Part shown: piece after piece, positions 25,496 through 37,803 of the stretch | Position numbering within the stretch: the first letter of the stretch is position 1 | Layout of the letters: each line of letters starts with the position of its first letter | NCBI RefSeq assembly: GCF_028641065.1 | Contig: NC_073380.1 | Location: 81,158,001 to 81,222,000, forward strand | Length of the DNA: 64,000 nucleotides | Source of the DNA: Leucoraja erinacea | Taxonomy: Eukaryota | Direction of reading: 5' to 3' | Made by a program: the position numbers and the translations under genes | The notes under the pieces: model-generated | Database searches by the model: none | Told to the model about the DNA's origin: nothing | The model's input: the letters and a program-made list of their open reading frames with translations, nothing else

Positions 25496-26995
25496 ACACT
25501 CCAATTCCTGAGGATTGGAGGGTAGCTAATGTTCCTGAGGATTGGAGAGTAGCTAATGTACCCCCACTTTTTAAAAAGGGAGGATGAGAGAAAACGGGGA
25601 ATTACAGACCAGTTAGTATAACATCGGTAGTGGGGAAACTGCTAGAGTCAGTTATTAAAGATGGGATAGCAGCACATTTGGAAAGTGGTGAAATCATTGG
25701 ACAAAGTCAGCATGAATTTATGAAAGGTAAATCATGTCTGACGAATCTTATAGAATTTTTTGAGGATGTAACTAGTAGAGTGGATAAGGGAGAACCAGTG
25801 GATGTGTTATATCTGGACTTTCAGAAGGCTTTTGACAAGGTCCCATATAAGAGATTAGTATACAAACTTAAAGGACACAGTATTGGGGGTTCAGTATTGA
25901 TGTGGATGGAGAACTGGCTGGCAGACAGGAAGCAAAGAGTAGGAGTAAACGGGTCCTTTTCACAATGGCAGGCAGTGACTAGTGGGGTTAGGGTTAAGAC
26001 TCAGTGCTGGGACCCCAGCTATTTACAATATATATTAATGATTTGGATGAGGGAATTGAATGCAACATCTCCAAGTTTGGATGACACGAAGCTGGGGGGC
26101 AGTGTTAGCTGTGAGGAGGATGCTAGGAGGCTGCAAGGTGACTTGGATAGGCTGGGTGAGTGGGAAAATGCATGGCAGATGTAGTAGAGTGTGAATATAT
26201 GTGAGGTTATCCACTTTGGTGGCAAAAACAGGAAAGTAGACTATTATCTGAATGGTGGCCGATTAGGAAAGGGGGAGATGCAACGAGACCTGGGTGTCAT
26301 GGTACACCAGTCATTGAAAGTAGGCATGCAGGTGCAGCAGGCAGTGAAGAAAGCGAATGGTATGTTAGCATTCATAGCAAAATGATTTGAGTATAGGAGC
26401 AGGGAGGTTCTACTGCAGTTGTACAGGGTCTTTGTGAGACCACACCTGGAGTATTGCATACAGTTTTCGTCTCCTAATCTGAGGAAAGACATTCTTGCCA
26501 TAGAGGGAATACAGAGAAGGTTCACCAGACTGATTCCTGGGATGTCAGGACTTTCCTATGAAGTAACACTGGATAGACTCGGCTTGTACTCGCTAGAATT
26601 TAGAAGATTGAGGGGGAATTTTATAGAAACTTACAAAATTCTTAAGGGGTTGGACAGGCTAGATGCAGGAAGATTGTTCCCGATGTTGGGGAAGTCCAGA
26701 GCAAGGGGTCACAGTTTAAGGATAAGGGGAAAATCTTTTAGGACCGAGATGAGAAAAACATTTTTCACACAGAGAGTGGTGAATCTCTGGAACTCTCTGC
26801 CACAGAAGGTAGTTGAGGCCAGTTCATTGGCTATATTTAAGTGGGTTAGATGTAGCCCTTGTGGCTAAAGGGACCAGGGGGCATGGAGAGAAGGCAGGTA
26901 CAGGATACTGAGTTGGATGATCAGCCATATTGAATGGCGGTGCAGACTCGAAGGGCCGAATGGCCTACTCCTGCACCTATTTTCTATGTTTCTAT
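25496..26995 (+). mobile_element. 5'-truncated frameshifted CR1
   Basis: ORFs 25630-26184, 26191-26385 and 26419-26868 are near-identical to 41140-42610; 27-bp tandem duplication at the 5' junction. Confidence 0.92.
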
Positions 26996-29327
26996 AACCA
27001 TCTGCTTCCTTCCTTGGAGCCAATTTTCTATACATTCAGCTATCTCTCATTGGATCCCATGCGATCTAACCTTCCAGAGCAGCCTACCATGTGGAACTTT
27101 GTCAAATGCCTTACTTAAATCCATGTACACAACATCTACAGCTCTGCCCTCATCGATCTTTTTGGTCACGTCTTCAAAAAACTCAATCAGATTTGTGAGA
27201 TACTACCCCCACGTACAAAACCATGCTGACTATCCCTAATCAGCCCTTGCACGTCCAAATGCCTTATAATCTATCCCTCAGGTTGAAAATGTAGAGGCTT
27301 TTATTACCAACCCCTGCGTTCCCTCTTATTGAAAGTCATCAAGCTACAACCAAGACAAACGTCCCAAATTCTCTCGGAACCTGGTCGATTTATTTAGGTG
27401 CAACGTAAAAGAACAATAAGGGAGTGTATCAGCTTTGTTTTCCCATTCTGGATTAGCCGATGGCCAGCACATTGGAAGGTGCCGAGACGAGCAAACTCTT
27501 AATGTAGGGAATGTCTGGTGTAACTTTGCAAAATGATGCTCTGTTTCCAGCATTTTGTTTTTACTTCAGACTTCCAGCACTTAAGGTTTATTTATTCACT
27601 GATATCTGTGCCGGGGTTAAAGGGATCGGCTCTGAGATGTTGCAAGGAGTTTGTTTGTGCGGCCACTGGCCATGAAATATAAATATTATAACCTTAATCC
27701 GTTTACTTCTTGCCCTTCCCGAGAGAGTGTTTTGCGTTCGGTTTAGTCAATTGCAATTGAATCCCATTTATCAATTTGTAGAAAAGGATCGTTATATCAC
27801 TATACTCGCTTCACAATAGGCCAATGTCAAATAAGTTAAAGTAATATATGTTAAGGGATGGTTGGAACAATAATGTCTGAAGTTAAATATAAATCATTTC
27901 AAATAAAACATTTTCGATTCCATGTGTAAAGTGCCGAAGTAACTGACTCAACGGGTCTACCTGGCCCACTGAGTTACTCCAGCACTTTGTGTTTTGCTCC
28001 ATTCCCAACTGTTGCATTTCCCTGGGTTTCAATTTAAAGGTTGCTTCGGCATTGATGTGTTTTTAGCAATTTTGACCATGTCTGCAAACCAACCGGGGCC
28101 AGAGAGATTTATTGGAGCGGGGATAGCTATTATTTTGGAAAACTCGCGATAAATTGGAATTAATGGTCATGGGGAATGTTCTTCTTCTTCTCATCGAGTC
28201 CACATTGCAAGATTAGAAATTGTACAGCCACAGCTGAACACACCTCTCGGCATCTGCTGCCATTGCGTCTTGCGCTTTTTATGCTTCTTGTGCGTGGTGG
28301 TGGAAAGTTTGGTGGAAACAGGGCCGTGACCTGAACGCTCTTTCCTTGACCCCTAGAATTTACTGGTCAAGTTTTGATACTTGTCTGACGAAACAAAGAA
28401 CTGCAGATGCTGGTTTACAGCACACAAAAGAAGCAAAATGCTGGAGCAACTCAGCGGATCAGGCAGCATCTCTGGAGAGCATGGATAGGTGGCGTTTCGA
28501 GTTGGGACCATTCTTTAGTGGTGAGAAGTTCTCCAGAGATGCTGTGTGACCCACTGATTTACTCCAGCACTTGTGGCTTTTTTTCTACTCTTGCCCCGCG
28601 CCTCGGTATTTCCATGCAGTCCTGGACCCGGGTGTTCAAATATTTGATTGTTAAAAGGCTAGTTTTCAGGCAAGCGAACACAATGTGATCGTAATTTAAC
28701 ACAAATTGGCGGCAGTTATCTGAAGCAGTTCAGAAAATGTTTACTGGTATCCGCTGGACTTTAGAAGAGTGAGCGAAGACTTGATTGAAATATACAAGAA
28801 ACCGAGGAACCATAACCGGGTGGATGTAAAGAGTTTTTTCTCTCTTGGGAAAATCTAGAACTAGGTGGCCCCGGTTAAAAAATGGCTTGTCGCACATTAA
28901 GTCAGAGATGAGAGGATTTGTATTTCTCTCGAGGTGGCGGTGGAAGCATAGATTTTGAATAATTTCAGGTCGAGTTAGATAGACTATTTATGAGCAGGCG
29001 AGTGAAAGGTTGCCGGTGGTGGTGTTGGGTGGCGGAGATTATAGTCAGAATAACCATGCTCCGCATTTATCTGTGGTAACAGAGAGCTACATTATGGGAA
29101 GTGTGTCGGTGTGGTGAATCTTTATGCCGTGGGCCTCTATTATCAGAGACGTGTCTACCTGCTGATTACCTAGTCTGTTTTCATGGGTATATCCTACAAG
29201 TTAGCTGCTAATTCCCAATGTAATAATTGGTGCTTCCTGTATTTTATTTGTTTTATTTCGGAAATAAACAACTCACCGGTCACAGAGCAACGCATTAAAA
29301 AATGCTAAAGTAAATCTTACTAACTCG

Positions 29328-29333
29328 TTTATT
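29328..29333 (-). promoter_or_regulatory. Probable TRGC polyadenylation signal
   Basis: First AATAAA on the - strand after the TRGC stop (about 335 nt downstream); two more at 29252-29257 and 29243-29248. Confidence 0.55.
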
Positions 29334-29666
29334 GTTCGATTTCTAGAATGATACATTTTTTCAAAGGCGTTGAAATGTTAGCAAAAAGGATTCAGCAATA
29401 AAAGTGATTTGATGAACAACTAACCGGCACCCCCACAACAGTCTATCTGGCATTAGATTAACGCTGCTCGTTCTCTGTATTTTGCTCTGTAATCACCTGG
29501 TTATAAGCTTCAACACGCGGCCTTCATTAGCCTCTTACAAGCCAACACATATTTTGCAACAGGATGTACAATCTCTTTGTACGCAACGAGGACATAGACT
29601 GAAGCTTACAATGAAATGGAAGACATTTATCAAAATGTACAATGTACAAAATGTACAAAATACGAG

Positions 29667-29800
29667 TTACAATGGCTTCTTCGTGCCCCAGTATTCCATC
29701 TTGTAAAGTATGCACGAGATGATGCCGCAGTATAACACACTCTTCATCAACAGAATGGTATATGTCAATGTCGCGACCTGCAGTGAGCTCGCCGATATTC
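29667..29800 (-). CDS. TRGC: TCR gamma C exon 3 (TM/cytoplasmic), GISASSLQVATLTYTILLMKSVLYCGIISCILYKMEYWGTKKPL*
   Basis: Acceptor ttttccaatttcacctag phase 1; TCR beta/gamma TM signature Y..LL.KS..Y with a single intramembrane Lys; TAA at 29667-29669. Confidence 0.93.
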
Positions 29801-31341
29801 CTAGGTGAAATTGGAAAATGTAAAAATCGTTAGCTTCCGGTTTATTAGCAGAAATTATGATTCTAAGTATTTACAGATATATTTTGGTGTTTTTCGAAGC
29901 GAATGCGCAGATAACGCCACTGTAAAAATAAGCTTAGCCAAAGCGTGGGCAAATGTCTCCAGCAATGTCACCTTCCCATGATCACTGACTCAATTTGGCA
30001 TATTTTCTATTCAAGATAGATGTAATGTTGAAATGAATGTAATGTTTACCTGCTTTGCTGGTACAAGAGGCGAAAGCATGCTCGAAATTAATGTCACCAT
30101 ACATATTCAATGATGGTGTTGAGTTTTCTGAATATGGACGTATTATGTACAGCAAATAAACAGGAACGTATACCCAACTAGTTCATGCTCGTGTTCGTGT
30201 TGCTTTTTTTAAATTACAATTTCGTGGACGTCTTAAAATAGAAATGTCCTTTAATGATACATGTCTACATGTATGTAATGGTTTGTCTGCCATCCTTTCC
30301 CCAACGTTTAACATGCGCAGGTATAATTCACGTGAGCCAACAGACTCCCAATTCATTATTTAATAACTTATTTCTTAAATGTGTTCATTTTCTTATGTGA
30401 TTTCTTCTCGTGTTATTTCAACCAATTTACATTTTTGTAAGTACGTGGGCACAGCGATGTTAAAAATATTGTTCTACTTTGATGTTTTCTTGGGTGAGTG
30501 TATCAAGATGTGCCCCTTATGGTCATTCGAATTTCACTGTACCTTAATTGATACATGTGACAATAAACTGACCTTGACACCTTGAAGATGTGCCCCTTAT
30601 TGACAGTGATCGACGGGGTGATGGCTTGTTTCTGTGACCCAATGACTATATCTACAGTGTCTTGGTAGCTTCGGTCGTTCTTATGTGTCTGCAAACTTCT
30701 TTATTTGTTTTACATTTCTGGTTAACTTAATGTTGGCGTTTCTAATTGCCTTTTCAATTGACCCTCTCTCCATATTTGCTCATCTATTTCTATTCCTTTT
30801 CATCGTCCTCGCTCTTGTACGTGCACGGAATATAACTATTTCCTTCAGTTTTCATTTTCTTCATTTCTTCAACAAGTACTGGATAGTTTGATCTTGCATT
30901 TAACTTGTGTATCTTTCTGTGTTGACTGTTGCCTCAACTGTGTTACACTGCGGATTTATATTTTAAAATGTCAAAATACATTCCAGTTTATTTGTGTCCG
31001 TTCCATTCTAATGCTGATTTTCTGGGCAACCTGTTACAATAAGTGGGTCTTTCTTTCATTTCTGTCCACAAATGGATATTGCTGGATACCTATCTAAGCC
31101 GCTTCAATTGACAGTGGGGGTCAGCCGATTGGAGACATTTGCCCTCACCTTGCTCTTTCTAAGGACATTACATGAACCGCCCCGTCCCGTCACAAGGTAA
31201 AGATAGAGTTGATTATTTCCCTGTGCTGGTAATCGGCAGATTTATTAAGCTGTAGTGTCACCATTTGAGAGGCTACGATATTTGACCAGACCAGGAGCCG
31301 CATAATACGCGGACCATGGTTTGATTTAAAACAGGATTTAC

Positions 31342-31419
31342 CTTCTTCCGTGTTCTCCTGATTTTCCTGGACGATCGGCGGGCAGGTGGGACCCACTGAC
31401 TTACCAGCAATGGCGCCAG
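31342..31419 (-). CDS. TRGC: TCR gamma C exon 2 (connecting peptide), AGAIAGKSVGPTCPPIVQENQENTEE
   Basis: Acceptor tttctttaaaccatttag, donor GAAG|gtaaat, 78 nt phase 1-1; lies between the Ig and TM exons and carries one Cys (expected interchain disulfide). Confidence 0.85.
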
Positions 31420-31549
31420 CTAAATGGTTTAAAGAAATACAGAAACATTCATTAGAAATATCGACAAATTCAGAGGATTTTCGCATTTACGCTTTAAAGT
31501 TAAAACGAATTATATTTAAAACCCGTCCCCGCAGAAATGGGCTTTTCGA

Positions 31550-32200
31550 ATTCATATAGATATTCATATACAAGGAATTTACCTTGGTGGTTCCCCCGCA
31601 AGTGACAACATGACATACAGTGACAGTTAGGAATGACATATAAAACATTACACATTAATAATAAAACATTATCGATGAAACATGTGAATTAAATAAAATA
31701 CAGAGCAAACGGAGGCTGCTGATTTTTGGTTATTGAGTAGAGCTACTACTCGTGGAAAAAAAACTGTTTTTTTATGTGTGGCTGTGGCAGCTTTGACTCC
31801 GGAGTCGCCTGCAAGAGGGAAGTGATTCAAAGAGTTTGTGGCCAGGGCAAGAGGGGTCAGCGACGATCTTATCCGCTCGCCTCCTGACCCTTGCAGTGTA
31901 CAGTTTGTCAATGGTGGGAAGGTTGCAGCCAATAACCTTATCAGCTGATCGGAGTTTTCGGCCGACCGAGTCCCCGCCGACCAACGATCACATTATCCTA
32001 TACACCAGGGGAAATGTACATGTTTTTACCGAAGCCAATTAACCAAGAAACCTGGACGTCTTTGGAGTGTGAGAGGAAACCGGAGCACCCGGAGAAAACC
32101 CACAAGGAGAACGTACAAACTCGGTGCAGACAACTCCCCTAGTCAGGATCGAACCCGCGTTTGTGGCGCTCTAAGGCAGCAATTCCACCACCTGCCGCCC
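31550..32200 (-). mobile_element. Rex1/Babar-like 3' fragment plus V-SINE in TRGC intron 1
   Basis: ORF 31772-31984, ADKIVADPSCPGHKLFESLPSCRRLRS; SINE V-domain and B box on - strand at 31960-32200. Confidence 0.75.
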
Positions 32201-32584
32201 TAATTGTGAGACGGTTTTGTGTTTCCTCTTTCCCCCCGGCCATTCTGCCGTTGTTACTATTGGGAGAACTGCGAAATTAAATGACTCTCCAGTGAAAGGT
32301 TGCCATATTTCCGCTCTGAATTTCACTTGTGAGGGTATTTCTCGGTGCATTTGTAACACTAGACCGAATCCTAGATCTGGATCTAAATTCACATATATAG
32401 CATGAAACAGGAAAGTACATCTGTTGTCGGCGATATCAGATGCGACGTAGTTACAAAAAAAAGAGTATTATTGTTAGATGGTATTGGTATATATTTATAT
32501 AGAAAGTAATTGTCGTGGTTATATAAAATTAGAAATAAAAGAGTGTAACCCCACCAGAATTATGTTGTGAGTATTGGGTTACAA

Positions 32585-32907
32585 GGCCTTGTAAGCAGAC
32601 GTTACAAGGCCTTCTACGCCCGAACCTCCAGACTCAGGAACAGCTTCATTCCCAGAGCTATAGCGGCTCTGAACCGGGCCTGCTGAGTGCCCCCCATCCT
32701 CCCTGGACCGTCTCCCTCGGATGGCCACGTCGCACAGACACATCTGCACTTTAGTCTGTTGAACTGTTTTGACTGTTTTACTGTTCTTTTTACAAACCAT
32801 GTTTCTCGGGGTATCTAAATCCAAATTGTATTAGTTATTTATGTTATGACGTCGGATGGAAACTGCATACCAAATCTCGTTGCACTTATGTGCAATGACA
32901 ATAAAAT

Positions 32908-32970
<63 letters not shown>
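32585..32970 (+). mobile_element. Rex1/Babar-like 3' end with (ATT)n microsatellite tail
   Basis: RTSRLRNSF-like coding remnant, AATAAA, then about 21 ATT units at 32908-32970. Confidence 0.7.
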
Positions 32971-32971
<1 letters not shown>

Positions 32972-33256
32972 GACCGACGCACGGTACGAATGGGAAAGAG
33001 GGTCGGAGGGAAAGGAGCGAGTCTGGCGGGAAACTTCATTCCGTTGATCCAGCGTGAGCATTATTTGGGGAGCAGCTATGTATTGTTATTATCGCTGCTT
33101 ATTGGGGGGGGGGGGGGGGGGGGGGGGATGGGGGGGGGTGGGGGTAAAGGGCTGCACTTGGAAGTGGCTGGTCTAAGATTTAAATTTGGGAGAGCTGGGG
33201 AATTAAGTGGATTTGCAAGTATTCTGCCACATTGGCGGCGGCGCGGAGGATAGTAC

Positions 33257-33598
33257 CGTATTTGGAATGCCTTGTAATCGATAATTCTGCGACGTCGATT
33301 TCATGTTTCGCGTGGCAAGAAATTGTTTCCGACTCCCATTGTAGCTTGGTGACAACGAGTCGGCTAATCAGCGAATAAGTGTTTGTCCCCATTTTCGTCA
33401 CCGAATCCGTCTCGACTTTCGCCACCGAATCCGTCTCGACTTTCGCCACCTGCTCCTTGGCACCGATTTTCCACTCGACCTTGATCACCTCGGGGAAGAA
33501 GTCGGTAATCAGGCAGACCGCAACGGACTTGCTATTGGCTTTCAGCTCAGTGGCGGACGGCGGGAAAAGACGGATTTTCGGAGCTCTGGGTGGTACAT
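33257..33598 (-). CDS. TRGC: TCR gamma C exon 1 (Ig C1 domain), DVPPRAPKIRLFPPS...VCLITDFFPEVIKVEW...YSLISRL...ISCHAKHE...RHSKY
   Basis: Acceptor ttttacattcag, donor TACG|gtacta, 342 nt phase 1-1; canonical C1-set Cys, Trp, Cys and CxxxH motifs (inside ORF 33180-33731). Confidence 0.93.
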
Positions 33599-36410
33599 CT
33601 GAATGTAAAATATAAATGTGATTAGAAATTCCAATATTCGCACTGAAAATCAGCGGCTGCAGATTGGAGAAAACAGTTAGAAATTTAACACCGACAAATC
33701 TGAGGGGATTCACTTTGCAAAGAATAAACATAATGAGATTATTTAAAATTATAGCAATGTTCAGATTAAACAGGCAAGTGCTTCCAATTCTGGGAGCGCA
33801 GGAGATTGGGCGGATTTAAAGGGCTGTGGAAAGGGATTTAACACCTGAATGTCCTTGTCCTCAAAGTCATACAGTGGACTTGTGAGTACCGCGAATTTGA
33901 CCGCCTTTAGATATCTATGCTAATCCGATTTGCCAGCACTTGGCGCGCATTTTCAATGCTCACCTAATAACTTCCCTGACAACGAGAGGCCCTGTCGCCA
34001 CGAACCCTTCTCGGGCTGTGCATTCCAGATTTCAACCACCATTTGAGTGACACCTTTTCCTTCATATCGCCTTCAACACTTTATTATTAATAAATGCACT
34101 CCTATTGTGGGCACTGGTTTACCTACGCGGCCAATGTACCACCACATTTTGTGTACGTCAAACAGGCCCCGTATCATCTGTCTCAACTCCCAGTGGAATG
34201 AACCCAGCCTCTCCATTTTCCTCTCGTAACTCAACTGTTTCGTCCCAAGCTACACCTCTACTGCATCCTTCATGAGCAATCGTGTTTTTCCCATGCGCGG
34301 CGACCGAAATATGCACAAATATTCCAGCGGTGTCTTAACTAGTCTTTTATATGCACGTATCATTATCTCTCTGCTTTTATATTCTATACCCCGGCTGATG
34401 AAGGCAACTTGTCTTCCTAACTACAAATAACCCGCGTTGCTGGTTATAGGGGCCCCTAGACATGTGCACGGCCACCCTACGATTCCTCAATACATTCACT
34501 GGTCCCATCAATCGTTGGCTTTGTCCTAGCCTTAATAGTCCCAGAATATATTATTTCATTTTTGATCCAGTATTAAATTACATTAGCCATTCCTTTGCAC
34601 ATCTGATGAATGGTGGCTGTCGTTGTATAACAGTAGAATAATCCTCACCATTCAGAACACTATCGACCTTGGTGTCGGCAGCTAACTCGCTATTCATATC
34701 CACCAAAAAAACAAAGGTCCAGGCACTAATCACAGGCTTCCAATTTGAAAAATACCGTTCCATTACCGCCCCTTCAGTCCAAATTCCCGTATTTCCCTGG
34801 ATCCCAGGGGAGGCATTTCTCCACATCTTTACTGTCTGGCATTTTCAATTTAGAACTAGTGCCATTGCAGTTCACAGAAGCTATAACTCGGTCGAATTAA
34901 CGGTTTACTATCTTGGGTAGCAGCAAATCTGGACTTTCCACTAAAAGAAATGAATCAATTTCTGAACCGGGCGAACTACTCAGCTGGTAATCCCGATACA
35001 ACCTCTGCCTGAAGACCGGGTCCTGTTTTTTTTTTCCTTTCCTCTCAACCATCTCTCTGGGGTTTGCAACCCCAGACTTCAAACTGACAACCTGGTCAAA
35101 TTATACCCGGGGCTACCTTGTGTACAAGCGGCTACGGAACATAAAGAGCACTTTTGGCGATCACAAGGATTCGCAAGACATTCGACATCCGCAATTCACC
35201 AGTTGTTCGCCGTCAAAGAGCCCAGTTAGTCTCACTGAAACCCAATTTTGTAAAGTCGGTTAAATCTTCTGCCATTTTCAATGCAAATTAATAACGAACT
35301 TCGACAGCGGTTATGTTTGAAGCTGGTGTTAAATCGTTCGGGGTGTGATCTCTACAACAGGTGTTGGATCTGAAGACGTGCGGAAGGCCACCGCTGCCAA
35401 AAGCTGAACTCTACCTCGCTATCCCGGCCACTTAGCACCAACCAGTAGCATGCCCTTCCAACGACAGGGCCGTTATCAAAAACCCAGCCTCACCGTGTGA
35501 TTCAGCGGCCAGAAATACTATCCAAGCAGCAGCCACACAACCAGCTTTAGCATATTCTGAATCAATAAACTACAGATTACTATAACAACCTGCAACAAGT
35601 TGTGACGTTCCATAACCGGTTGATTCTTGATGGTGCACAGACTGCTTTGTGAGATTAAAATACAAAACGGCGGGATAGAGAAACAGAGTTAACTTTTTAA
35701 TTCGAAGAAGCATCCTCAATTTGTAACATTAACTCTATTTCTCTTTCCACAGTTACTGTTTGACTTTCTGAATGCTACTGAATTTTCTATTTTAATTTCC
35801 TACATCGTATTTTTAATGTTTATGGCGGAGATGCTCGCGGGTCACTCCCGTTCAGCTGTTCTCGAGCAGAGTCTGATGAAGGGCCCCGACCCGAAACGTC
35901 ACCTATCCCTTTTCTTCATAGATACTGCCTGACCCGCTGAGTTACTCCAACACTTTGTGTCTATCTTCTCGAGCAAATCTGGCTTCGTACAAGATTCACA
36001 ATAAATGATAGGGGCACGCCGCAGGGATACCTCTCAGTAGCACCGAATGCTTAAAATCTCATGACAGGTGCCGCTAAATACCCAGTGAGGAGATTAAAAT
36101 TGGTGTCAGTCAGTCTGGTCCAAGTCACTTTCCGCCCCCAAACCATTGCATCAATATAGCACCCGGGAACCGATGTACAAGCCTGCGGATGGGGGCACGG
36201 AGTTTTCTCTTGTGGAAAGCGAGCACACAACCCCTTGCTGCAAGCCCTCCCGCACTCTCTGTTCTTCATGCCCCCTCCACGTACCCTTTGCTGCCACCCC
36301 CCCCCCCCCCCCCCCCCAACTCTCTCCCACCCTCCCTCCAACCTTTCCCGACAGTTCTTGAAGAGTTGCAGTCTACCCCTGCTCCTGGATGCCCCCCACC
36401 CCAGACCTAC

Positions 36411-36467
36411 CTGTGACGATAAGCCGAGTCCCGCTGCCGAATATTTTCCTCCATGTACCAGATGTGG
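36411..36467 (-). CDS. TRGJ: TRG J segment (C-proximal), TSGTWRKIFGSGTRLIVT
   Basis: FGXG motif in KIFGSGT, donor CAG|gtaggt phase 1, adjacent 12-RSS. Confidence 0.95.
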
Positions 36468-36495
36468 CACGGTGTTCAGTGCATGTACAATAACC
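36468..36495 (+). promoter_or_regulatory. 12-bp-spacer RSS of the proximal J
   Basis: CACGGTG (36468-74) + 12 nt + ACAATAACC (36487-95). Confidence 0.93.
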
Positions 36496-36622
36496 TCCCG
36501 GCCCCGAATCTGCACCGAGCGAACCTCCCTCCCCTCTCCCAAACCTTTCGCCCAACAATCCTCGCTAGTAATCCGGTTTATCTCGTGTGTCCCAGGGGGT
36601 TCGGTCATGTCCAAAAACTCAC

Positions 36623-36679
36623 CTGTGACGATGAGTTTGGTTCCAGTGCCAAATATCTTTCTATAGCTATTAGAGGTCG
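36623..36679 (-). CDS. TRGJ: TRG J segment (middle), TSNSYRKIFGTGTKLIVT
   Basis: FGXG motif, donor CAG|gtgagt phase 1, adjacent 12-RSS; not in the ORF track. Confidence 0.95.
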
Positions 36680-36707
36680 CACGGTGTTACACCGTCTGTC
36701 AAGAACA
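36680..36707 (+). promoter_or_regulatory. 12-bp-spacer RSS of the middle J
   Basis: CACGGTG (36680-86) + 12 nt + TCAAGAACA (36699-707, 6/9 match to ACAAAAACC). Confidence 0.85.
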
Positions 36708-37744
36708 TCGCGCCCCAACACAGGCACCGGCCCCGGCACCTGTCGGTCACTAACTGAACTGAGATAGACACTAAAAGCTGGAGTAACTCAGCGGGACAGG
36801 CAGTATATCTGGAGAGAAGGAATTGATGACGTTTCGGGTCGAGACCTTTCAAGGGTCTATCAATGTGTCTATCAAAGTCTTTCAATGTGTCTATCTTCGG
36901 GTCAAACCAGCATCTGCCATTCCTTCTTACACGCCAAGTGAACTAGTTCATCTCGGTAAATCCCCGTACCTGGGTCAGCCAGATTCAAGCAATCTTCTGT
37001 AAAATACCCACGTCCTAAGTGAGAGTTGGGTGATCCGATGATTTCCTGATTGGATGGAAATTCCCACGCTGCAATCTGCAGCAACACGTAGCTCGTAACT
37101 CGACCCGTTAACCCTCGGTCTCATGGGCAAGTCCAGAAAAATTGAACAAAGATTCGGAGCCGGACAAAGAGTGTGGGGCATCGACAGCGGTCTCCTCGTT
37201 GTCTTGGTCGTGGTGGGAAAGAGCTTTGAACAGCACCGTATGCCCTCCTGGTCTAAACAATCCATCGAGCACTCATTGATTCTAAATCCCACATCGATCC
37301 CATTTGTTCGACTCACATTCCCACCAACTCCCTCCAGATTCTCTCATTCACCTCACAGTCGGAGCAATGTCTGCAGTGGGCTATCACCCTACCAACCCGC
37401 ACGTCTTTGCGATGTGGGAGAAAAGCGGAGCACCCGTCAGAAATCTCGCGGTCACAGGGAGAACGTGACAACTCCACGCAGTCAGCACTGGAGATCGGGT
37501 TCATTGGAATATGGAGGCAGCAGCTCTATAACCTTACGTGAAACTCCACGCAAACATTATCTGAACGAGCAGCAATGGCCGTTCCTCATCAATAGCTATC
37601 CTTGAAACACGTGACAAATAAAGAATGAATGGTCCTCACCATGATCCAGGCTGCGGGTTCTACATCACAATGATGACTACATTTTCACAAGTGCTTAGTA
37701 AAATGTTCAAGAGAGGGTCGGGATGCAGGTTGAATCACGTGTAC

Positions 37745-37803
37745 CTGCTACAGCCAGTTTGATTCCAAATCCGAAACACCATGGTTGTCCATCGCTCACA
37801 CAC
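37745..37803 (-). CDS. TRGJ: Divergent TRG J segment (V-proximal), CVSDGQPWCFGFGIKLAVA
   Basis: Open frame with FGFGIKLAV (FGXGxKLxV), donor CAG|gtacac phase 1, degenerate 12-RSS at the expected distance. Confidence 0.72.

Noticed and set aside
30505-30600. 16-bp direct repeat AAGATGTGCCCCTTAT
   Set aside because: Explained as a target-site duplication around a 64-bp LINE tail.
30685-31097. Hydrophobic + strand ORFs resembling a membrane protein
   Set aside because: T-rich intron sequence antisense to TRGC, with no splice or homology support.
32831-33253. Poly-Ile, poly-Tyr and poly-Gly ORFs
   Set aside because: Translations of the (ATT)n microsatellite and a G homopolymer.
33542-33598. 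ATG at the very start of C exon 1 (TARP-like alternate frame)
   Set aside because: The frame closes after 18 codons (MYHPELRKSVFSRRPPLS*), so nothing supports a product.
35415-35519. Possible fourth J: CACCGTG at 35491-97 with an AGAAATACT nonamer-like motif and a GWVFDNG reading on -
   Set aside because: The spacer would be 13 nt, there is no FGXG, and no in-frame donor at J length. At best a relic.
37123-37605. 160-aa + strand ORF containing RFGAGQRV
   Set aside because: Wrong strand for the locus, no RSS or donor, and it runs into an antisense SINE. Chance FGXG.
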